From Spirochaetota bacterium (GTDB taxonomy: Bacteria; Spirochaetota; UBA4802; UBA5550), in the NCBI GenBank assembly GCA_963664815.2, contig CAXXHB010000003.1, positions 3,328,001 to 3,392,000 of the forward strand: DNA of 64,000 nt. Direction: 5' to 3'. Below the pieces are notes generated by a model that worked only from the letters and a program-made list of their open reading frames with translations, was not told the DNA's origin and did not search any database. Positions 40,575-49,666 of the stretch are shown here, piece after piece; the stretch's first letter is position 1, and every line of letters begins with the position of its first letter. The position numbers were made by a program, and so were the translations under genes.

Positions 40575-41993
40575 ATGAATTTTAAAACGAAAATGAAATC
40601 ATGGAACAGCAATATCCTTCAGGCAGAGAAATTACCGGCTGTCGATAATGCCTTAAAGAAAGCCGTGGAACATAATTATGACTTATTTGAATATCTTTTT
40701 ACAACTGATACAAGACTGTTCCAATACTATCTTGGATGCGCATCACATGAGATATATATACTCGATGTAGAGATTGAAAAAGGTACTGATATAATTTTTG
40801 CATCATTGATAGATGAAGTCATTAAAGAAAACTACAAATGCAATAACAATCTTGTAAAAGAGCACCTGGAGTCATGGATTGGTACAGAGGGATTCCAGAG
40901 ATATGATTATGACAGGTACCTGAAGAATATAGGTTTCAATCATTCAAGCCTGTCGTCAGGTGATGGTGAGTTTATACATTACATTTCTGCCGGCAACTGT
41001 TTTCTTGAAGATTCTAATGGTACAAGATTTGGAATTCATATACCGAAGTTTCAAATGACATTCGGTATTATGGGTTGCGGTTTTAAAATGTCGATTCTTG
41101 CAGATGGAAATACTCCTGATGTCCGGGTTTTATGTTCGGAATTTATAAGCAGTTTATACGTCCATCTGAATAATATTATTAAAAAGAAATCCTATGCCCT
41201 TAATCCGAAATGTATTTCAGTTCCGATTGAATCTATTTCATGGGATAAACTTAAAATACCGGCAGAACTCAAGAGAGACATAGATTTTCATATTACCAGT
41301 TTCATCTCGCATATTAATGAATTCAAAAAAGCAGGCATCAGGGCATCGCGTGGCATAATCATAGTGGGCCCTCCGGGAAACGGTAAAACTATGCTTACAA
41401 AAATTCTGTGTACTAATATTGAAGTTGCATTCTTTTATGCCAAACCAAATGACTTCTCGAATAATTATGGTGAACCCGGCATTGAAGATCTCTACAGAAC
41501 TGCTTCGAAGAATACACCTGCAATTGTTCTCATTGAAGATGCGGATATTTATCTGCAGAGCCGCACATTCAATTCCAATGGGGGGAAATTAAGCGAGTTC
41601 CTTAATATAATAGACGGTATCAACGATAACAACGGGATTATAACGATCCTCACATGCAACAATCCGGAACTCCTTGATGAAGCAGTCAGAAACAGGCCCA
41701 AGAGGTTCGATGTGATCATTGAGTTCCCGAATCCAGCGCTGGAACAGCGGAAAGAGATACTCTTTGATAAACTGAAGAAGCATCTTTCTACAGGTGACAT
41801 ATCCCTTATAGATGAAGCCGCTGAAAAGTTTGAGGGATTCTCCGGAGCACATATATGCGAGTTTGCGGAAAGACTTATCATGTCCAGGATCTACAGTGGC
41901 AAGAAGTGTATAGATCGTGATATATTCGACGAAGAAATCGAAAAATTCGGCTTTTCACCATCCGGAAAGAAAGGGAAAGCCGGTATCAGTTAA
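40575..41993 (+). CDS. AAA+ ATPase, tandem paralog
   Basis: AAGGAGG before ATG 40575 gives 472 aa, matching the 473 aa paralog. GPPGNGKT, VLIEDAD and NRPKRFD motifs. Confidence 0.9.
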   Translation: MNFKTKMKSWNSNILQAEKLPAVDNALKKAVEHNYDLFEYLFTTDTRLFQYYLGCASHEIYILDVEIEKGTDIIFASLIDEVIKENYKCNNNLVKEHLESWIGTEGFQRYDYDRYLKNIGFNHSSLSSGDGEFIHYISAGNCFLEDSNGTRFGIHIPKFQMTFGIMGCGFKMSILADGNTPDVRVLCSEFISSLYVHLNNIIKKKSYALNPKCISVPIESISWDKLKIPAELKRDIDFHITSFISHINEFKKAGIRASRGIIIVGPPGNGKTMLTKILCTNIEVAFFYAKPNDFSNNYGEPGIEDLYRTASKNTPAIVLIEDADIYLQSRTFNSNGGKLSEFLNIIDGINDNNGIITILTCNNPELLDEAVRNRPKRFDVIIEFPNPALEQRKEILFDKLKKHLSTGDISLIDEAAEKFEGFSGAHICEFAERLIMSRIYSGKKCIDRDIFDEEIEKFGFSPSGKKGKAGIS

Positions 41994-42087
41994 TTAACAG
42001 CTTCACCCGCTGAGCCTGGCACATTAACAATCTGTAAAAAACCGGGAATAGATATAACTTTAAAAAATTATTTATAAGGAGAATAAA

Positions 42088-42405
42088 ATGAAACACCTGA
42101 TGAGCATAACAGCAGCAGTAATCTTATCACTCCCGCTTTACGCGGAAACGTTACACGGCATTTCTGTATATACACGTAATGGATGCAGCAGATGCGTGTA
42201 CACGATAAATTATCTTAAAAATCATAATATCCCACATGTGGAATATCCGATTGAAGAAGAGAAAAATTACAACAGCCTGTGTGAAATAATAAGCAGATCG
42301 GGAAAACAAACTAATGGGATAATCAGTACACCTGTAATAATCAAAGATGGTGCTGTTTATTTTAACATAGAAAATCTTGAAACATTCCTTGAATCATTGA
42401 AGTAA
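42088..42405 (+). CDS. Exported glutaredoxin-like protein
   Basis: Signal peptide, YTRNGCSRC (CxxC) and the cis-Pro motif STPVI. Confidence 0.8.
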   Translation: MKHLMSITAAVILSLPLYAETLHGISVYTRNGCSRCVYTINYLKNHNIPHVEYPIEEEKNYNSLCEIISRSGKQTNGIISTPVIIKDGAVYFNIENLETFLESLK

Positions 42406-42450
42406 AGAACAGAGTTCTTTAAAAATAAACCGGTTAAAAGGAAGTACAGG

Positions 42451-42624
42451 ATGAATACCAAACGGATAATTATTGAACAGATCGAAGGTGAAAAAAGCAG
42501 CCCTGAAAAATCAAATTTTGATTCGTTCAGTGACGGATTTTCCCGGGGATTCTCACTGAAGAGTGCGGTATTTATGGCTCTTGTTATGATGATGATTGTT
42601 TTACTGCTGGTTATGATTTTGTGA
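42451..42624 (+). CDS. Small tail-anchored membrane protein (57 aa, not in ORF track)
   Basis: MNTKRIIIEQ...AVFMALVMMMIVLLLVMIL with an upstream purine-rich RBS-like stretch. Confidence 0.55.
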   Translation: MNTKRIIIEQIEGEKSSPEKSNFDSFSDGFSRGFSLKSAVFMALVMMMIVLLLVMIL

Positions 42625-42697
42625 AGACCGGCAGATAAGTATTTATTGCAGGGACTATGTTCACCATGAATTTAAAAACAGCTAAAAGGAGATTGCT

Positions 42698-43000
42698 ATG
42701 AATAAAAATTACTACAGTCTTGAAGGAAAGTGCATAACAGAAAGGAAGGAACTGTTTGAATCGGATCCTAAGACATATATATACAGTGCTCTGCATGAAA
42801 TCATTAACAGTTCGTTTGAACTTGTGGAGGCTCATGAGGATGAACTTGATGTTGCTTTTTATGAAGCTTTGCCTTTTGAGGTTCTCACACAGCTGTTGAA
42901 CTATATGTCGGGGATATTTGACCTCAATGATATATTTGATCATATCGAGACCATGGAAAAGCTGCTGCGGGAACAGGTGCAGTTAAGAAAAATTCAGTAA
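42698..43000 (+). CDS. Acidic hypothetical protein, paralog of the 37884 protein
   Basis: AAGGAG RBS, 100 aa. Confidence 0.7.
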   Translation: MNKNYYSLEGKCITERKELFESDPKTYIYSALHEIINSSFELVEAHEDELDVAFYEALPFEVLTQLLNYMSGIFDLNDIFDHIETMEKLLREQVQLRKIQ

Positions 43001-43016
43001 TACAGGTTAACCAGTA

Positions 43017-43154
43017 ATGAGAACTAACAGACCGGATATAGCAAAAGCGGCAGGTATGATCACAGGAGCAATAATTTTTTTCTTTGTTGTGAAATTTATT
43101 GCCATCTTTTCCGGAATTCTGGTTCTGCTGATCCTTTTTCTGAAAAGAATCTAG
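43017..43154 (+). CDS. Small hydrophobic protein (45 aa, not in ORF track)
   Basis: MRTNRPDIAKAAGMITGAIIFFFVVKFIAIFSGILVLLILFLKRI. Confidence 0.5.
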   Translation: MRTNRPDIAKAAGMITGAIIFFFVVKFIAIFSGILVLLILFLKRI

Positions 43155-43184
43155 GGATAAAAAATATTATTAGGGAAGTACAGA

Positions 43185-43439
43185 ATGGATGATAAATTCA
43201 AAATTAAATACCATGATTCACTGAGAGAATATTATAACAATGATGAAAAGCGCCTGACACATGAAAAGGCTGATAAACGTGCAAGGATATCTAACAGCAT
43301 GGGTTATTTTACGGGTAAGTTTATTTCAGGGTACATTATAGGTTATATTATAGGGATCATACTCGCTTTCTTGTTTATTTGGTACTGTATTGTAAATCCA
43401 TTGATCATTCCAATTGTTAAAATAATCTTTGGAAGGTGA
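43185..43439 (+). CDS. Small membrane protein
   Basis: C-terminal GxxxG-rich TM segment (GYFTGKFISGYIIGYIIGII). Confidence 0.65.
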   Translation: MDDKFKIKYHDSLREYYNNDEKRLTHEKADKRARISNSMGYFTGKFISGYIIGYIIGIILAFLFIWYCIVNPLIIPIVKIIFGR

Positions 43440-43702
43440 TTATGTGCAGAACAATAAAGGAATTTCTGTCTTTTACGGTAAAACTTCTGGTTGTTGTTTT
43501 CATCTTTGCATGGCTTGAGGAAATACTTAACAGGCTGATCAACTTCATTGTGAGAATATGGAAAACGAGAGGGCATGATCCGCGTGAACTTAAAGCGGAA
43601 AATATGGAAAAGTATTATATGAAACATGGAGTCCAGTGCAGCAGCTGTCTGTATTGGATTCCTGAAGGACTTGATACATGCCCCGTATGCGGGAATAAGT
43701 AA
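43436..43702 (+). CDS. Small membrane protein with a C-terminal zinc ribbon
   Basis: TM segment plus CSSC...CPVCG. Confidence 0.65.
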   Translation: MIMCRTIKEFLSFTVKLLVVVFIFAWLEEILNRLINFIVRIWKTRGHDPRELKAENMEKYYMKHGVQCSSCLYWIPEGLDTCPVCGNK

Positions 43703-43823
43703 ATATTGAGAAGAGTATGGAAAAAGCAGAAAATGTACCTGGTGACAATTTAAAACCAGATGTGTAATTGAAGCCGGAATCGCCGGTTTTCCGGCATCCT
43801 GTTACTGATCAGCTGCCGAATAA

Positions 43824-43850
43824 AAAACCCCTGAAAATTTCAGGGGTTTT
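43824..43850. terminator. Bidirectional intrinsic terminator after tRNA-Trp
   Basis: AAAACCCCTGAAA-A-TTTCAGGGGTTTT. Confidence 0.8.
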
Positions 43851-43853
43851 ATG

Positions 43854-43926
43854 CAGGCCACGAAGGACTCGAACCTTCAACACTCGGTTTTGGAGACCGA
43901 TGCTCTACCAATTGAACTAGTGACCT
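43854..43926 (-). tRNA. trnW: tRNA-Trp (CCA); 3' CCA end not encoded
   Basis: Cloverleaf with AGGTCAC/GTGGCCT acceptor stem, TCGGT-CTCCAAA-ACCGA anticodon arm and GAAGG-TTCGAGT-CCTTC T arm. Confidence 0.97.
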
Positions 43927-44174
43927 ATTTCCTGACACAAAATATCAGCACATAAAAAACGTCAAGTATTTTAATACACCCTTCTCCCTGAATCAGCCAT
44001 GTATATTTTATACGGCACCTCTGAAGCAGTGCCCCGGTTTTCTTAAAATCCCCCTGCCATCGGCCACCCCTTTTGATAAAAAATGGGACGCTGGCCAGAC
44101 AAAACGGGGCAATTTACATCTATTTTAACTATAAGCAGCTTTGATATCCGGCGTCTCATTACATGGTTATAAAA

Positions 44175-45632
44175 CTAATAATATAACCCGTTCCCTTCAT
44201 CAAACTGAAATTTAAGATTATCCTCGTTGTCATTAACGTCATCCAGCCTGCAGGGATAATATCCGTCAAAACAGGCTGTACAGAATTTTTGAGACGGCGA
44301 ATCAACGGCTTTTATCAGCGTATCTGTTGTCAGGTAGCTGATTGAATCAACCCTTAGGTATTTACGTATCTCTTCTATTGTATGAGTTGCGGCTATAAGT
44401 TCACTGTGCGTAGGAATATCTATTCCGTAATAACATGGAAATTTTGTAGGCGGCGCTGATATCCGCACATGAATTTCTTTTGCCCCGGCATTGCGGAACA
44501 TCTTGATGATCTTCCTCATAGTAGTTCCGCGCATAATCGAATCGTCAACAACCACAACCCTTTTATCCTTGACTGCCGAGGCAACTACGTTAAATTTAAG
44601 CTTCGCCCCCAGATCCCGGATCTTCTGGGTGGGTTCAATGAACGTCCTCCCTATATAATGGCTCCTGATCATTGCAAGTTCAAAAGGCAATCCCGACTCC
44701 TTGGAAAAACCGAGCGCGGCGCAGTTTGACGAATCGGGAATAGGCACAACAATATCTGCTTCAACCGGCGACTGTTTTGCGAGCATCCTGCCGAGCTTTA
44801 TTCTCATATCATAGACAGACTCGCCGAATATCCTGCTGTCGGGACGGGAAAAGTATATATATTCAAATATACACAATGATTCTTCCTGTTTTTCAAAAGG
44901 GAAGAAAGACCTGATGCCGCCGGAGGTTATCTCGATAAGTTCACCCGGTTTTACATCTCTCTCGTATTCTGCGCCTATTATATCGAAGGCGCATGTCTCC
45001 GAGGCAACGACCCATCCGCCGTCAATTTTCCCAAGGCTCAGCGGCCTGAACCCGTGAGGGTCTCTCACCGCGAAGATTCTCTCCCTGTTCATAACAAGCA
45101 GCGAATATGCCCCCCTGATCTGCCTGAGTGAATATATCAGCGCATCCATAATATCATCCTGCTCGGAACGCGCCATCAGGTGAACTATAACCTCTGAATC
45201 AATTGTTGTCTGGAAGATGTGCCCTTTCTTTTCAAGTTCATGCCTTATCTTTCCCGCATTGGTAAGGTTCCCGTTATGAGACAGGACGATAGGGCCCAGA
45301 ACTGACGTTGCCCTGAAAGGCTGCGCATTTCTAAGGTATGATGACCCGGTCGTTGAATACCTGTTATGGCCGATTGCCATAGTACCCGCAAGGTTGTCTA
45401 TATGTTCCTGGGTGAATACATCGTTAACCTCACCCATCCCTGCATATCTGTAAATATGTTCACCGTCAGAGGAAGCAATTCCGGCAGACTCCTGCCCTCT
45501 GTGCTGAAGGGAATAGAGTCCGAGATAGGTCAGGTTTGAAGCATGAGGATGTCCGTAAATTCCGAATATACCACACTCCTCTTTTGGTCTGTAGTTTTCA
45601 TCACAGGAAACAGGCAAATCATTAAGATTCAT
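44175..45632 (-). CDS. purF: Amidophosphoribosyltransferase
   Basis: EECGIFG, LQHRGQESAG, GHNRYSTTG, VDDSIMRGTT and PCYYGID motifs. Confidence 0.98.
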   Translation of the reverse strand: MNLNDLPVSCDENYRPKEECGIFGIYGHPHASNLTYLGLYSLQHRGQESAGIASSDGEHIYRYAGMGEVNDVFTQEHIDNLAGTMAIGHNRYSTTGSSYLRNAQPFRATSVLGPIVLSHNGNLTNAGKIRHELEKKGHIFQTTIDSEVIVHLMARSEQDDIMDALIYSLRQIRGAYSLLVMNRERIFAVRDPHGFRPLSLGKIDGGWVVASETCAFDIIGAEYERDVKPGELIEITSGGIRSFFPFEKQEESLCIFEYIYFSRPDSRIFGESVYDMRIKLGRMLAKQSPVEADIVVPIPDSSNCAALGFSKESGLPFELAMIRSHYIGRTFIEPTQKIRDLGAKLKFNVVASAVKDKRVVVVDDSIMRGTTMRKIIKMFRNAGAKEIHVRISAPPTKFPCYYGIDIPTHSELIAATHTIEEIRKYLRVDSISYLTTDTLIKAVDSPSQKFCTACFDGYYPCRLDDVNDNEDNLKFQFDEGNGLYY

Positions 45633-45823
45633 ACATTATCCGTTATTTAATCATTATTTAATCATTAGATAACCATTTTCCAACTGTTATCTAACTAATT
45701 CAATCATTATCGCTGTTTGCCAGTCATTATTTTGCCAGACATTCCCGGTTAAATACAATGTAAAGTATATATTTTCCGGCATTGGGGTAAAATAAATTTT
45801 GTTACATATTTGAAACAAATACT

Positions 45824-46399
45824 CTAGCCGGGGAGATCCCCCCTGAAATTGATATTTCTGAACATTCTCAAGGGATCGTCATAAAAACCTATTTCATCCT
45901 CTTTTACGGCACGGATATTATATCCATCGTAAAACCCGCTTATCCGGTAATCTTTAAGTCCAATGTTTTTTTTTATACCTTCAGCGCACTTTTTTGAATA
46001 GATTGCATGAAGTGGCTGGTACCTGCCGTTAACCTCAGGCACAACAATGTCATAACAGCCGGGGATTTCAATCATATACTTAATAAATTCCGTGTTCAGA
46101 AACGGCATGTCGCAGGGAAAGACAAATACCCTCTCAATATCCATAAACTCAACGGCTGTATATATTCCGCCGATAGGCCCAAGACCAGGAATAATATCAG
46201 GAATAATTTTCGCATCAAGGAAGGAGAATTTTTCTCCATTGGATGCAATTATATATATTTCGCTGAAAACCGGTTTTACAGCATCATAGGTATGTGCTAT
46301 CATAGGTTTACCCTCAAGCAGGTGAAGAGATTTGTCACTGCCGAAGCGTCCGCTTTTCCCCCCAGCTATGATGCAGCACTTAATGTTTTCAACACTCAT
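45824..46399 (-). CDS. mobA: Molybdenum cofactor guanylyltransferase
   Basis: IAGGKSGRFGSDK, GPIGG, CDMPF and NIN motifs. Confidence 0.93.
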   Translation of the reverse strand: MSVENIKCCIIAGGKSGRFGSDKSLHLLEGKPMIAHTYDAVKPVFSEIYIIASNGEKFSFLDAKIIPDIIPGLGPIGGIYTAVEFMDIERVFVFPCDMPFLNTEFIKYMIEIPGCYDIVVPEVNGRYQPLHAIYSKKCAEGIKKNIGLKDYRISGFYDGYNIRAVKEDEIGFYDDPLRMFRNINFRGDLPG

Positions 46400-46417
46400 A
46401 ATTACTCTATTCCGGAA

Positions 46418-47212
46418 TTAGATTCTATATCCGATAAAAAAAAGCCTTTTAAACGGGAACAAAACCTTACCGTCTTTCTGTTCCGGGTAATGCTTCTTAA
46501 TCTCAGCCAATACCTCATTTTCAAAATCCTTCCTCTCTTTTTCATCACCGATGCAGTCCAGGTATGGTTTCAATCCTGTGCTTCTGATCCATTCGAGAAT
46601 AGACATGTGAGAATCCATCACATGGATATAGTCAGTTTCCCATATATCTACTGTCTTCATCCTCCCGGCAAGAAGGTCGTAATAATAACTGAAATTATTA
46701 TAAGTAAATAAATCCGCACATCCATCCATTGCAGCCCGCCATCGCTCCCTCTGAGAAAGAGAATCTATCAATCTGCCGAGGACCATTTCACGAAATTCCG
46801 GGATCTGAACTGCAATAATCCCGTTATCCGCAAGCAGGGTGAAGAGCTTTTCAAATAATTTTTTATGATCCGGAATCCACTGGATTGCCGCGTTTGAAAA
46901 AATAATATCAAATTTTTCGTCCGGTTCAAAATTATAAATATCGGACAACACCCACTCCTGGCGGGGATAATCGGTTTTTGCCTTATCTATCATTGCCGGA
47001 GAGTTGTCTACACCGGTAAGTCCAGCCCCCGGCCAGCGGTTAAGCAATACCATGCTGCTGTTGCCCGGACCGCATCCGGCATCCAGAATGCGCGCGGGTT
47101 TAAAATCAATCCTGATTCTGTTTACCAGATCGTCAGACGGACGGGTTCTTTCATCCATGAATTTAAGGTAAAGATCCGGATTCCAGTCGCTCTGCTTATT
47201 CATCTTTATCAC
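46418..47212 (-). CDS. tam: Trans-aconitate 2-methyltransferase-like SAM methyltransferase
   Basis: WNPDLYLKF..ERTRP, DAGCGPGNS, SNAAIQW and FPFKRLF motifs. Confidence 0.88.
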   Translation of the reverse strand: MIKMNKQSDWNPDLYLKFMDERTRPSDDLVNRIRIDFKPARILDAGCGPGNSSMVLLNRWPGAGLTGVDNSPAMIDKAKTDYPRQEWVLSDIYNFEPDEKFDIIFSNAAIQWIPDHKKLFEKLFTLLADNGIIAVQIPEFREMVLGRLIDSLSQRERWRAAMDGCADLFTYNNFSYYYDLLAGRMKTVDIWETDYIHVMDSHMSILEWIRSTGLKPYLDCIGDEKERKDFENEVLAEIKKHYPEQKDGKVLFPFKRLFFIGYRI

Positions 47213-47430
47213 CCTTCACATCCGGATAGTGTATTCATGACGTTAAATATTCAAGGATTTTTCTATGCCGGTAAAGTTAATTTGAAATAGTTTATATCCT
47301 GAAAACAGCATTCACCGCCTTAATATATATACGTCAATATCAAAGCGTATATGCTGCAAAATTTAATGATTAAAGATTTATACTTGTAATAGTATTGGTA
47401 CGGTTTATTTTTATGCATGAGGTGAGTTTC

Positions 47431-47922
47431 ATGAAACAGCAGGTCATTTCTGTAACCGGACGATCCTGTTCCGGTAAAACAACATTGATTGAAAAGCTTA
47501 TAGTTCACTATAAAAATCTTGGCAAAAAAGTTTCTGTCGTAAAGAGCATGAGGCATGAATTTGATACTGATCCGGCTGGCAAGGATACTTACAGGTACAG
47601 GGAGTCCGGAGCATTTGCATCGATTATTACCAATGGTAAAAAGTTTGCCCTCATTTCACAGATTGACAGAGAAGAAACGCCCCACGATCTCGCCGTAAAA
47701 TATTTCACTGACTCAGATATAGTAATAATCGAAGGTTTTAAAGAAGGTGATATCGGAAAGATTGAGGTCATAGGTGACTCAACCGAATCACCTCTTTTTC
47801 CAGAGGATAAGAACATAAAGTTTCTTGTAACTGACAGGTCCTTTGATACAGAACTACCTGTTTATAAAAGGGATGATATAAACGGGATTGTCAAAGCAAT
47901 AGAAAAGATTTTTGGAGAGTAA
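47431..47922 (+). CDS. mobB: Molybdopterin-guanine dinucleotide biosynthesis protein B
   Basis: GRSCSGKTT, GKDTYRY and IIEGFK motifs. Confidence 0.9.
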   Translation: MKQQVISVTGRSCSGKTTLIEKLIVHYKNLGKKVSVVKSMRHEFDTDPAGKDTYRYRESGAFASIITNGKKFALISQIDREETPHDLAVKYFTDSDIVIIEGFKEGDIGKIEVIGDSTESPLFPEDKNIKFLVTDRSFDTELPVYKRDDINGIVKAIEKIFGE

Positions 47923-48170
47923 TACACCCTCCATGACTCACTTTTTCCGGCATTTCTAAACCGGGAAGATCACTGCGAATAACCAGTTTCATACTTAAAC
48001 CTGTTATATATAATTCCGGACACGATTTCAGGATTAATGGATTAACGGGATTTATTGCCAATACACTAACCGTACACGAGCTTACTCTGCATCGTGCATC
48101 AAGTGATTATATACAATTCCAGGGCAGATTTATGACAAAAGCCCGACTCTCTTTATATAAAAGTCAGTTT

Positions 48171-48311
48171 CGCCTACATTTCGCTTCAAATACGCCTCAA
48201 ACACGCTACCTACAGCCTTAAACGTGCGTTTTTCTCTGCCGGTAACGGTATTGAAACGGTATTGAAACGGTTTTCAACAGGGTTTACATACTGCTTAAAT
48301 CCCGCTTTAAC
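48171..48311. repeat. Degenerate tandem repeat with 11-bp period
   Basis: CGCCTACATTT/CGCTTCAAATA/CGCCTCAAACA, then CGGTATTGAAA twice and CGGTTTTCAAC. Confidence 0.6.
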
Positions 48312-48755
48312 AGATGCACATCTGTCTTTTACCGCATTAAAATTACTCTGTCCACCTGCTGATCTGCTGTTTTCTGAATAGTAACATGTATATTCTGCAG
48401 CTTCACCGGAGGCGGATACAACAACTGCATCCCCTGTTCCGCCGCCTCCCGATGGAATTACAGGCGAACCTGGAGCAATGCCGCGAAGGTATTCCGACAT
48501 AAAAAGATTGTACCCTGATTTTTTCTTCCTCTTTGCCCTGCTTCTGTAGAGAGCCTTCTCCTCTTCCGGAAGAACCTGCCAGGCCTTTACGCTGCCGCCG
48601 AAATTACCTCTGCATTTCATCTGAGGCTCTGTCCTGGGATTAGCAGGAATTGTACGTGCTTTAATGTAGATTTTACCATAACGTCTGTAAAGCACAAGAC
48701 CTTCCAGACCTCCATGCGCAGTTCTTAAATAGGGATGAAGCTTAACTTTTGCCAT
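48210..48755 (-). CDS. Basic hypothetical protein (DUF6266-like, putative nucleic-acid binding)
   Basis: AAGGAG RBS before MAKV. Contains PANPRTEPQ...F...WQVLPEEEKALY...SGYNLFMSEYL. Confidence 0.55.
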   Translation of the reverse strand: MAKVKLHPYLRTAHGGLEGLVLYRRYGKIYIKARTIPANPRTEPQMKCRGNFGGSVKAWQVLPEEEKALYRSRAKRKKKSGYNLFMSEYLRGIAPGSPVIPSGGGGTGDAVVVSASGEAAEYTCYYSENSRSAGGQSNFNAVKDRCASVKAGFKQYVNPVENRFNTVSIPLPAEKNARLRL

Positions 48756-48924
48756 ACATTTACTCTCCTTATTTATTATTATTTTTATCGTTATATCGAA
48801 GCTTATGTCTCTATATAACCAGTGCGGAAAAGCAAATGACATGGCGCAAGCAGAATTTTTAAAAATTTTATATATTAATAAGCCAGGTTTATCAAAGAAG
48901 ATATTTTGCCTTGCCACCTCCGGG

Positions 48925-49054
48925 GGTGCGGGGGCTTAGGAATACAGGTTGCTGTAAGTATACTTATACAGACAGTTCGGCTTTGCCCCTTCCGGGCGCC
49001 CGAGCGCAGCGACAGAGTACCCCTGGGGTAGGTGCGGGGGCTTATGGTACAGGT
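48925..49054. repeat. GC-rich intergenic direct repeat / REP-like element
   Basis: GGTGCGGGGGCTTA..TACAGGT at 48925 and 49031. The internal CGGCTTTGCCC also occurs inverted near 25750. Confidence 0.55.
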
Positions 49055-49135
49055 AAATTTACCAGATGATGTACCCGACAGACCGAAGTGTGCAGGGGCT
49101 GTTAAGTCCAGTTTGATAAATGTATATCTGCCCGG

Positions 49136-49651
49136 TCACTCCACCTCTCCAGTTTCATTATCTGATTCCATATACTCCCTGATTTTTTTAAGCTCCATAT
49201 TCTCAGGGTTTTCCGATGACAGCTTTCTGATAAAAGAAAATATCCGTTTTCTGTTAAATCTCTTTTCGCTGTATTCACTGTCAGCCTTTTTCGATTTAAG
49301 GTAATAGCTGTATGATTCGCCATACCTACCAAGATGGAACAGTGTTACAGACATATTCGACAAAGCCCTGGCATAGTTGCTGTCAAGTTTAAGGGATATC
49401 ATCAGCTGTTCCTCAGCCTTTGCATATTCCCCCATTCTTATATATGCTGCCGCAAGATTGTTGTAGTAGTGTTTCCGGTCAGGATCAATTGAAATGGCCT
49501 GTTTAAAATATTCCGCCGCCCTGGCAGGACTGTTTCCGCGCAATTCATCCATCCCCTTCTGGTTATAGTATGACGAATCCTCAGCAGAAACAGGTAACGA
49601 CATTACAAGGACAGCAGTAAGAAAGATTAAGAAGCGCATCAGTAATTTCAT
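49136..49651 (-). CDS. Secreted TPR protein
   Basis: Signal peptide and three TPR-like repeats. Confidence 0.85.
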   Translation of the reverse strand: MKLLMRFLIFLTAVLVMSLPVSAEDSSYYNQKGMDELRGNSPARAAEYFKQAISIDPDRKHYYNNLAAAYIRMGEYAKAEEQLMISLKLDSNYARALSNMSVTLFHLGRYGESYSYYLKSKKADSEYSEKRFNRKRIFSFIRKLSSENPENMELKKIREYMESDNETGEVE

Positions 49652-49666
49652 ATAATCTGTTATTCA

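Noticed and set aside
31000-43900. Prophage or ICE at tRNA-Trp
   Set aside because: No integrase, structural, replication or conjugation genes, and no att duplication seen.
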